DNA of 64,000 bases from Octopus sinensis (Eukaryota): the NCBI RefSeq assembly GCF_006345805.1, contig NC_042997.1:88164001-88228000 (forward strand). The letters run 5' to 3'. The first letter of the stretch is position 1. Every line of letters begins with the position of its first letter. Below the pieces are notes generated by a model. It was given only the letters and a program-made list of their open reading frames with translations, did no database searches and was not told the origin of the DNA. Shown here one piece after another: positions 14,106 through 24,858 of the stretch. Position numbers and translations under genes: made by a program.

Positions 14106-14879
14106 TCGTTGAAATAGCAAGATATTATAAAATGAGCAGCTTATTTGAAGATTTTGATAAGAAGTTTTTTGAGAGATTTGATTCAGTAACACTGGCCAAC
14201 TGAACATAGCAATACAGCAAGAGAAATGAGAAAGTTACCATCAGTCCACTTCAAAGACAAAATCTACTTTAACAACATTGTCTTAATTTTCCAAAATTTT
14301 TGTTAAGCTGATTTTATTGGATCATCTCACTTACGAAGGTAGTCTTAGTTAATTCAAGGTTTGCAACTCACTATATTACACATCACCATTGTTGTTGTTA
14401 TCATCATCATCATCATGACTATTTTTTATGTCCACTTTTTCCATACTGTTGTGGAATGAAGCAGTACTCTGTAGCCAGATAATTATCTTTATGTCAACCT
14501 TTGTTTTCAGGTAAAGTGCTTTATTCCATGTCTTCACATTGAACTGCTGTTGAGCTGCCAGACTTTTTGTTTATGTAGGACAAAAAACATTATTGCTACT
14601 CGAGTGGTGACAATGTGGAGACAAACACTTGCACAGACATATGCACACACACACACACACACACATGTGCACATTTATGTGTGTGTGTGTGTGTGTGTGT
14701 ATTTTCATCTCACCAAATGGAAAGTAGACATATTACTCCATTTCAACAACTATCTTTAAGGTCAGGAGGATGTGTGTTTGTCAAAGTTTTGTTCCTCTCA
14801 TGAAATTTGTAAGAGAACCCAAACAACAAAAGTGTGATTTTCAAATTTATTTACAATTTACACTTATTTCTGTTGAATA

Positions 14880-15930
14880 GAAATGTTTATAAGGTGACTG
14901 TTAATGCCACCGCCTCATCATGAAAATGGAAATAAATATGAAACTTAGAATATTTGTCTCTACAAGAACTATTAGAAAACATTGGAAGGCTGTCAAAAAT
15001 TTCTCACCAACTGATGGATGGTTTAACAAGTAGAAAAGGCAAGAGAATATTATGTATAAATACATTTATGGTAATAAAGGACAAGTACTGAATTTATTAT
15101 TAGTTGAAGTATGAATTAAAGCATAATAGCAAAAGATTTTTGCTGAATTTCTTCTTGGAATATTTACAATGCAAACAAAGCAGGGTTTTATTTTTGTGCA
15201 ATGTCTGAGCATTCTTATTTGTTTGAAGATGTAAATGCCAAAGGATTTAAATCTCGGAAAAAGTATCTGTTTATTGTGCAAATATGAAGGGACTGAAATG
15301 AAAGCTTCTAGTGATTGGAAAAAGAATAAATCTTTGGGATGTTTTTTTTTTAAGGTGTCAAAATTCTGTCTGCTCATTATTGTTTTAATGCAAATGTACA
15401 GATGGTTACAGTTATATTTAACAACTGATTATTTAAGTGGGATTTGAAATTAATATGAACTATTGTCTTGTTAGTTCAAAATTCTATAGCACAGAAATAA
15501 ATTGTCATTAAAAAACAAAGCAATTTTCTTGCCTTCAAACTCTATGGTGTTAACTCAACCAAGTGACCAAGCAATCACACAAGCTTTAAAGGCTTATTAT
15601 TGAAATAAACGTTGTACAGTAATTTTATCTGAACTCAGTGTTCAAAGTTAGTCTAACATGAAGGCAATAGTAAAATGGATTTTCTTACTTGATGTGTTGT
15701 ACAACAGGCATAGAAACTCCTATAAACAAAGACTTAGAGTTTATTACAAATTCTCCATAGAATCCCAAATGATATACAAAGAGTTTGAAAATTGTTTGGT
15801 TATTGATGACAAAGTTAAAAAGGAAGTTACCATGATAGTGTTGAAAATATATGCTGGTGTAGATTCTAATAAAAGGATGAACCAAATCCAAAAGGTCCTC
15901 CACGTTATGCTCAGATGCAAGAAACTCTAA
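14880..15930 (+). pseudogene. pogo/Tigger-like (CENP-B HTH + DDE_1) transposase relic
   Basis: Frameshifted motifs FSPTDGWFNK (like FKASNGWL), NIYNANKAGFYF (like IFNADETGLF), LLCKYEGTEMK, GVKILSAHY, FLPSNSMVLTQPSDQAITQALKAYY (like FLPPNTTSVLQPMDQGII..LKAHY). Confidence 0.85.
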
Positions 15931-16289
15931 AATACTTCATGACAGCATGCAACATCACCTAGCAAAATTTCAAAAGCAACATTGCACACCTTTTTTTAAA
16001 TAAGTCATTTTTAACATGTTATCATAAATGAAATGAATAATAATTTCAGGTCAGTAATTATCATAATAATTTTTTATAATGTGAAGATGTTTGTAACATT
16101 GAAGATAAACTAGATGAACCCCAGAAAATTCTATTCTATTAAATTTACATAATTTGTTCTTGGCCCTTTGTTCTTTGTTTGATACATTAACAAAATAGAT
16201 ACCAACTTGAAGCATATTGCTGTGTTAAAATACACAGCATTAAACTATACCATAAAATAAAGAACAGATTTTAGATGCTACAGGTCACA

Positions 16290-16760
16290 CCTGTAATCTA
16301 ACCTGGACACAGTGCAGCAAGAAATTGCCAACTGACAAGTGCACCACTGTGCATTCTGTGAAGAAAGACCCAAAATTTACTCACTTACTGCACAACATCA
16401 ATCTTACGAAGTCTGCTGGTGAATGTGACTTTGGCATTACTCTCAATGATCTGCAATGGATGAATCACATTTCTAAAATCATCAAAAAGGCCAAAGGTGT
16501 TTTAGCACCACTCCATAAAACCTTTATCAGCTACTCACTGGCTCTTTTAAGGTAACTACAGTACTTCCACACTTAAAGCTTACATCTCTTGTCTGGACCA
16601 CTTTTTGTCTAGAATATCAATCTACTGAAAGCTGTCCAGATGAATACCCTATGTCAGTTACTATATTGTCAATATTTTGCTTTACTGTAACTTGATACAC
16701 TAAAATTTCAATATCTGATAGCTTAGTTGTTAGAAGCCCACAAGATTATCTGCCATCTTT
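16290..16760 (+). pseudogene. CR1/L2-type LINE ORF2 C-terminal relic
   Basis: DKCTTVH...ECDFGITLNDLQWMNHISKIIKKAKGVL and NINLLKAVQ resemble the post-RT region of CR1-group elements (KC..LH, EKDLGV, HI..IVKKA, I..LE.VQ). Confidence 0.75.
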
Positions 16761-17267
16761 CCAACAAGGACTTAGGCAACCTTTTTGAATTCAGTTCTTC
16801 AATGCTTATGGAAATGCTTACAGTGCAATGCCCATGACTTTCAAAAACATTTGTTCATTCACAGAATCATTGTTGCTTTCCGTCCCCTCTTTTTCTCTGT
16901 CTCAATTGTTGGAGAGCACCTGAGCACTGTACACAATTAGTTCATTATTATTTTAAATATGCATGCATAAAATGTTAACTTGTAACATTAAAATATTACA
17001 GTTCACATTTTAAATTCAGATGTTAGCTAATTTGGCATGTTCATTTAAGCATGGGTATTTTAAAATTCTCATTTCACTTTTTTCATGTCTTTTTGTAAAA
17101 AAAAAAAGATCAAGAAAATCTCTAGATTTTTATGCTTTGAATATCTAAGATTCAGAATCTACAAAACATTTTCAATTTATTATTTTCAAATCAAAAACTG
17201 ATTAGGGTTAAGGGATTTACATCTTTCTATGTTTTTTAACATGTGCATTTACAAATATATAAAGCAC

Positions 17268-17368
<101 letters not shown>

Positions 17369-18935
17369 TAGTTTCCTTTTGAAGTATATAAATATATTTT
17401 GATTGGATTTTAAATTTTCCCTGAATGAAACAGTGCAATCCCTTTATTATTGAATATGCGTAACTTTCATTATTTTAAAAACTAATATAAAATATTTGTG
17501 TTCTTTATCAACGTTCTTAATATATAAATACATTTAAAACATTGTATTGACATTCTTTATTAATGTGGATTTTTTTCTTTAAAAAACATACTTTATATAG
17601 TTTTAAATTTTGAAAAAAATTAGTGGTAATAAAAATCAATGCTTAAGCAAATAAGTGTAGTTAATTTTTCATTGTTGCTAATATCTCAACAACCAATGTA
17701 AAATAAAATATAAAATAGCTTTATTAAGTTTGTAAAAATATAAATTTTAATCCAGTGAAAAAGCTAAAGAGGAAACAAAAAGCAAGATGATGGTAAAATA
17801 TAAGCGCTTTCTCTAAATGAAATTGTGCTTTGTGTGTGTATAAGGTTCTTTCAGTTTTCATCTTCCAAATCCACTTCAAGGCTTTGGTCATCTTGAGCTA
17901 TAGTGGAAAACACTTCCCTAAAGTGCCAAACAGGTACTAAATCCAAAACCATGGGGTTGGGAAACAAACTTCTAACCACATAGCCACTCCTGCACCTATA
18001 AGCTTGCCCTCTCCTATACATATATATATATATATCTTTTATCTATTACTTGTTTCAGTAATTTGAGTGCGGCGATGCTGGGGCACCATCTTGAAGAGCT
18101 TTTAGCTGAGTGATTTTTTTTTTAAGACTGGTACTTATTCTATTGGTGTCTTTTATTGAACCACTAAGTTATGAGACTGTAAACACACCAACACCAGTTG
18201 TCAAATAGTGGAAGGGGACAAACAGACTTAGACACACACATACGTATATAGATACAATGGGCTTCTTTCAGTTTCTGTCTAATAAATCCACTCACAAGCC
18301 TTTAATAAGCCTGAGGCTATAATGGAAGACACTTGCCAAAGGTGCCATGTAGTGGGACTGAACCCAGGTCCAAGCTCTTCATATAACAGTATAAATTTCT
18401 TATTTTCACTCCACTATTTTATCAGTGCTTGTGGTAGCATATATAGTTATCTATTGTCAGCTCTGATTAAAGTGACATAATCTAAAGCTATCAAGACTAT
18501 TTTGTCTTTGTTTTAGGGGTTTTATGTATTTTTGTTTTTCTGTTTTCAGGTGTCATGTATCTCACATTACATAATTCAGTATACTATCCGATACCATTAT
18601 TGAAACAGTAGAGTGTGATTTAAGACAATGGCTCTCAGACTGAAAAAAAACCAACTCTCACTACTGTCCTCTCCCCTCAAAAAATATATTAGTGGAATGT
18701 TTTGCTTTTCCCCCCTCTTTCAATCCTCACACCCACCTCCAACCCATGAGAAGTATTGTTTCATGGGAAATTTGACTGTTATTTCTAGCAAGTAAAGAGA
18801 ACACATCACTACTCATTCAATTATTTATTTGTTTTGGTTTGTTTCCTCTATACGAGGAATGAAATATTTTATCTTTTACTTGTTTCAATCAGTTAGGTTA
18901 TAGCCTTGCTAGGGAACCACTTTGAAGTGTTTAGT

Positions 18936-19175
18936 CAGCAGTTCTCAATCATTTTTTTGCTTCTGGACCCTTTCATTCCTATTTTGCTCAGTTGGACCCT
19001 CATAACCATTCAATGTTTAAAAAAGCCTATCATATTTTTGTAACTAGATATTATTAGGAACTGTATGACATTTTGTGTACTGTAGAAGTATAACTAGTTT
19101 ATCACACATAAATTTTTGCATCAAGATCTTATGTGGACCCCCAATGATCAGATGAACCCTGGTTGAGAACCAATG
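18936..19175. mobile_element. hAT/Charlie-like MITE nested in a SINE
   Basis: TIR cagcagttctcaatc / ggttgagaaccaatg, flanked by duplicated gtttagt(c/t) (7-8 bp). Confidence 0.75.
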
Positions 19176-20543
19176 GTTTAGTTGAACAAATCTACCCCAG
19201 TACTTATTTTTCTTAAGTGTAGTATTTATTTTATCAGACTCTTTTGCTAAACCAATAAGTTTACAAGGATGTAAATAAACCAGCGCCAGTTGTCAAGCAG
19301 TGGTAGGGGACAAACACAACACATATGATGCAATGGGCTTCTTTTAGTTTCCATCTACCAAATCTATTTACAAGTCTGCTAGTAGCTATGATAGAAGATA
19401 TTTGTCCAAAGTTCCACAGATTGGGATTGAATCCAAGACCATATAGTTGGAAAAGCAAGCCTCTTACCCGCACAGCCATACCTGTGCCTATGTTCTAATG
19501 CTTAAGATGCGTCTTCCCTTATATGGCAAGATTAGATAAGGACAAGGCTATATAGTATTGTTGATAGATAAGATGATGGTCTGCTTTAATAGTGCCAGGA
19601 TTCTGATTTAATGTGTGTATGGTTTGAGTGGATATACCTGTTGTGCTGTAGAGGAAGCCCCGTGCTCATTGTGAAATGATGAAAGCAGTCATGCATATAG
19701 AGATAAAAGATTGTGGATGATAAACAAATCCTTCTGATACCCATATAGTTTGGAGTAACACATTATTATGGTGTGGTGATATTTGGTATAGGGAGGTGTG
19801 ATGCAATGAAGTGTGGTGTCATTGACTAACACTTGTTCAGCTCTGCTGCAGCTGACTCTGTAAGTACAGAGGCAGTTTGATCAAAGGAAGAATTAGTCTG
19901 GAATTCTAGCCATGGCCATATACCATCTTTATTACATGATATACTACTGTAATAAATTTTAGAGTTGCAAGCATGTCAACACCATTTTATAGACAGTCAG
20001 ATGTTTCCCAAAGGAGATTCCGACATGATATTGAGTAGGCCAAGTGACTATGAAGAAGTTCTTTTGTTGATTTGTGAGTTTTGGTGTGGTGAGGTATGGT
20101 ATTGGATATTGTTTGGTATCATACATACATATGTATACACACACTCATGCACACACATATATTCTTATGTATACATACATATATATGCTTGTATGCGCGT
20201 AAGTATATACACATACATATGTGTATATATGTGTGTGTATATATATATATATCATCATCATTGTTTAACGTCCACTTTCCATGATATATAGACATGCTCA
20301 ATCTAAACTGTCCAACAAATGGGAACATGAAATTTTGAATAGCAGTGTTTTGTGATATTTTTGTAAAGTTTCTGCAGCTTTAATAATAATAAGTATATAT
20401 ATATATATATAAATCCATATGTGTGGTGTGTGTATATCTATGTATTATAATATATATATGTATGTATGTGTATATATATATATGTATGTATGTATGTGTA
20501 TTATATATGTATATATATGTATGTATGTGTGTGTGTGTATATA

Positions 20544-20576
<33 letters not shown>

Positions 20577-20804
20577 TGAAGACTAAATTATCCTGTGTTG
20601 CTTCTTTTTTTTTAAGGCAGTAAGGCGTCATTTAAAGTACATTTAGTTTCTATTTCTTGCAAGCTGAGTGTCCTCATAAGAGAGTTCGTTGTTGGGTTGC
20701 ATATTGTTGTGTATGGTGTAATATGTTGTGTGGTGTATTTATTGACTATTGGTTTTATAGGGATAATGCTGAACAGTTTGTGTGTGGGTGGGTGTTTATG
20801 TGTA

Positions 20805-21410
20805 AAAGTGCCTGAGTATGCGTATGTTTGTAACAACTGTTTGTCAGAGTGCCTGTCTGTGTATGTATGTGTTTCAGAAGTGGTGCACATATATGTTTGT
20901 CTTTATGCATGCATGTGTGTGTATTCTGTGTTTCCTATGTGTAATCTTCATAAGTGTCTGTTTGAGGCTGTGTGTGTGTATGTGTGTGTGTAATAGTAAC
21001 TGAGTAGGTGTGTGCTTATCTGTAACTACTGTGTATTAGTATATGAAAGTGCCTATGTATGTGTGTGTATGTATGTGGAGAGAGTGAGTGCACACATTTG
21101 TGATGTGTGTCTTTATGCATGCATTGATGTTCTGTGTATCTTATAGTCCGTATGTGTAATCTTCATGTGTCTATTTGAGGCTCTGTGTGTGTGTATGTAA
21201 AAGTACCTGAGTATGTGTATGCTTATTTGTTACTGTGTATATGAAAGTGCCTTTGCATACATATGTATGTGAAGAGAGTGGGTGCATGTGTGTGTCTTTG
21301 AGTTTGCATGTGTGTGTCTTTGAGTTTGCATGTGTGTGTTCTATGTATCTTATAGTCTGTATGTATAATCTTCATGGCGTGTGTGTGTGTTTGAAGCTGT
21401 GTGTATCTTT
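20805..21410. repeat. Diverged tandem repeat of about 190 bp, about 3 units, TG-rich
   Basis: Recurring anchors aaagt(g/a)cctgagta, atgaaagtgcc, gtgtcttt, taatcttcat and tttga(g/a)gct. Confidence 0.8.
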
Positions 21411-21892
21411 ATTAGGCGTATATGACTGTTTATCGTAGCATTTTTATATATCTGACTCTATATGTCTATACCTTAGCTATAAATATGTTGGTGTGCCTTT
21501 GTGTGCAAGTTTGTGTTTGTGTTTGTATGTGTTTTGTGTGTGTGTGTGTAAATGTGTAACAGTGCAATTCAGTACTGTGTGCTCCTTACTCTTTCTTTCA
21601 TGCTATGTCAGTGGTGTCAGAAGGTGTTGATGTACTGAAGGAATGAAAAAATCAATACAATCACCTTACAAAAGAAATACTCGCTTACATTTATTTATTT
21701 TTCTTTTACTTTTTTCTTCTTATTTCATCCTTTCAGTTCTCCTCCCTTACTTATTTTCACTTCTTCCGTTTACTTGTTTATTTCATTTAGCTCAGTTTTT
21801 TTTTCCTTCTTTTTGGATTGCTTTGATCATTTGATCATCATCTACATTATTCTTCGTGGTCATCATTATCATTGTCACTACATTTACCAAAA

Positions 21893-21940
<48 letters not shown>

Positions 21941-21959
21941 GTGTGTGTGTGTACTGCGA

Positions 21960-22135
21960 TTTTTTTTTTCCTCTGTCTTCCCTTCTCTAGATCTTTCCTT
22001 CTCCTATGTTTCCGACGAAGAGCTCCGCTCGAAACGTTAAACCCTCCTTCTTTCCTGAGTGTCCAATAATACTATATTTGTTCCATGTCCTCATGTTGTT
22101 GTGTTTTTTTGTGCTTCCATGTTTGGATTAACTAT
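21960..22135 (+). mobile_element. Penelope-like element terminal-repeat fragment
   Basis: Pyrimidine-rich segment followed by ...gacgaagagctccgctcgaaacgttaaac..., the motif typical of Penelope pseudo-LTRs. Confidence 0.65.
22008..22042 (+). ncRNA. Minimal type I hammerhead ribozyme motif (Penelope-type), U4C variant
   Basis: Stem I GTTT/AAAC; core CCGACGA+A; stem II GAGC-tcc-GCTC; GAAA; palindromic ACGT stem III; cleavage triplet GUU at 22036-22038. Confidence 0.7.
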
Positions 22136-22389
22136 ATAGATATATATAAAAACACACACACATATATATATACTATATATACACACAAACACGCACAAAT
22201 AGGTATCATCATCATCATCCTCATTTAGCTTCCACTTTCCAATTCTTTCTACTATAGCCACAAAGCCTGAAATTTTGGGGAAGTGAATAAAATAGTTATA
22301 TCAATCCTAATGGTCATCTGGTACTTATTTTTTTGCCTATGAAAGAAGGGAAGATAAGTCAACCTTGGAGAATTTGAATTTAGAATGTA

Positions 22390-22396
22390 ACTTTCC

Positions 22397-22431
<35 letters not shown>

Positions 22432-22835
22432 TTAACGTCCGCTTTCCACGCTAGCATGGTTTAGACGATTTTGACTGAGGGCTGGCGAACCAGATGGCTG
22501 CACCAGGCTCCAATCTTGATCTGGTAGAGTTTCTGCAGCTGGCTGCCCTTCCTAATGCCAACCACTCAGAGTGTCCTCATAAGAGAGTTCGTTGTTGGGT
22601 TGCATATTGATGGTGTATGGTGTAATATGTTGTGTGGTGTATTTATTGACTATTGGGTGCTTTTTGCGTGCAACCATCACAGGGGCCAGTCAGGCAGTAC
22701 TGGCAACAACCTCGCTCGAATCTTTTTACACATGCCCACTGCACAGGTGCCAGTAAGGCGACGCTGGTAAAGATCACACTCGGATGGTGCCTTTTATGTG
22801 CCACCGGCACGGAAGCCCATTAGTCGCTCTGGCAA
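22390..22835 (-). mobile_element. RTE 3'-tail element carrying an 88-bp local templated insertion
   Basis: (ATC)n-atttaacgtccgctttccacgctagcatgg is the reverse complement of the RTE tail; interrupted at 22569-22656 by a copy of 20666-20752. Confidence 0.9.
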
Positions 22836-22877
<42 letters not shown>

Positions 22878-22880
<3 letters not shown>

Positions 22881-23396
22881 AGAGAAAGTCAAAAATTATA
22901 AACACTCTTGTTTTTTCAATGTATGTCATTTTTCTATATAGTCTCCTTCCTTTTTGATGCACTTGGTCCAGCAGTCCATAAGCTTGCATATTTCTTCCAA
23001 GAAGGTGGTTTACGGTTGGTGTGCAACCATTTATGCACCGCTTCCTTCACATCATCATCCATAGGAAATCGACAGCCTTGTAAACCATCTTTGAGTGGTC
23101 CAAAGATATGATAGTCAGAAAGGGTGAAATCTGAGCTGTAGGCAGGGTGTTCCAGCACCTCAAAACCCAATTGGTTAATGATTTCTGGGTGGCCGTGTGT
23201 GGGTGGTGTGCATTGTTATGCAGCAACAAAACTTTCTTCAACAATAGGCTTCAGCATTTGGTGCAAATTACTAGCTTTAGTTTGTTGCCCAGCAAAGTAC
23301 TGCATCTTGCACAATTGTTTGTGCATTCCTTTTCCATAGAAATTGGATCACTGCTCTTTGTTCTTCTTTGGTGCACATTGCTAGTGGAGTAGTCAT
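22878..23396 (-). mobile_element. Internally deleted mariner element
   Basis: N-terminus MTTPLAMCTKEEQRAVIQFLW is fused to VLLLHNNAH.PHTA, FEVLEHPAYSSDFTLSDYHIFGPLK and CWTKCIKKEGDYIEK*; decayed TIR-like end near 22878. Confidence 0.9.
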
Positions 23397-24530
23397 CCCC
23401 CTCTCACATTTCCCGGCCTTCCCTCCTCTTTCACTTCACTCTGTCCCTTTTCTTTTTCTTTCTTTCTCATCCCTCCCTGATGATCCCTCTCTCTCCTCTC
23501 CTTCCATGTGACCAGTGTTCTGCCAAGCCTGACCTTTCTTTCTTGGTTCAACTCCATGCCTTTCACTTCCACACATGCCAGCTTAATTTAATTCATCCTT
23601 AGTCAAAAGACACCTGTTGTTAATGTCCTGTTGCTTGCATTTGTATTTGTGTACCATTTCTCCGTTTCTTTCCGCCCTTGTCTTCATATATTTTCGCTGC
23701 TTTCTTTTAGCTTAGATTTTCCTTGGGGCTAGCCAGATTGGAGCAGTTTTGAGTATAACCAGCCGAAACTGCACAGATGATCTGGAACTCAACTGAGGAA
23801 AGAAAACTCCAAATGACCAGTCTTTGTTTTTCCTTGTCCCTTTCTGTATCATCTAACTGTCTGGATGTTTTGTTGCCACCTGTTGCATTCTTGTCCCATT
23901 TTTTGTATTCTTTTTTATATACATATAGTGGCATACGTACACTTTGGTCTCTTATATGTAAGTAGATATATATATATATATGTGTACCTCATTTTTCTAA
24001 ATTATATATAAGATATATTATCATATATATATATATATATAATATATATTATATATACATACATATATATATATATATATAATACATATATATATATATA
24101 ATATACATACATATATATATATATATATACATACATATATATAGATATAATATATACATAATATATATATATATATTATATATACATACATATATATATA
24201 TATATATATACTCGCATATATATAATCTTAACAAAACTGATGGGATTTAAGGAACTTCATTCTATAAATTAATCATACGTCATATACAAGTACTACTTTT
24301 ATATCTTTGCAAATTTACACCTGTAAACTCTGAGCAAAGTATGAAGATTGAACAGTAAAAATTTTTGTTGGAAACCTCCAATTAAAGGATGAATCCACAT
24401 TCAAGCTTTATACAGCTATATTACATATATAGATATATACATATATATATATATTTATATACACATGTACGTATATATATACACATATGATATATTCAAT
24501 GGTACTATATATGTATGTGTATATATTTTA

Positions 24531-24561
<31 letters not shown>

Positions 24562-24599
24562 TATCTATATATATATAAGATATATATATATATATAAGG

Positions 24600-24758
24600 A
24601 AAAAAAGTAAAAAGGAGTACAGTGAATTTGCTGCGAGGAGTGAACATCCAACGTTTTGGATTCCATTCCTTCACAGGGGGGCAGAGAAAAAGAGAAGAAA
24701 AGGAGAAAAAAGTCAGAGTTTACATACTCAAGCCTGAAAAACGGGCTGAAAATGATAA
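24600..24758 (-). mobile_element. Penelope-like terminal-repeat fragment with a degenerate hammerhead motif
   Basis: Minus strand reads cCTGTGAAGGAatggaaTCCAAAACGTTgg (24648-24678), i.e. core CUG-UGA, stem II GGA/TCC, (G>A)AAA, CGU-U. Confidence 0.5.
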
Positions 24759-24858
24759 NNNNNNNNNNNNNNNNNNNNNNNNNNNNNNNNNNNNNNNNNN
24801 NNNNNNNNNNNNNNNNNNNNNNNNNNNNNNNNNNNNNNNNNNNNNNNNNNNNNNNNNN
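24759..24858. other. Assembly gap of exactly 100 N
   Basis: Run of N; a round length is typical of a scaffolding gap of unknown size. Confidence 0.99.
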
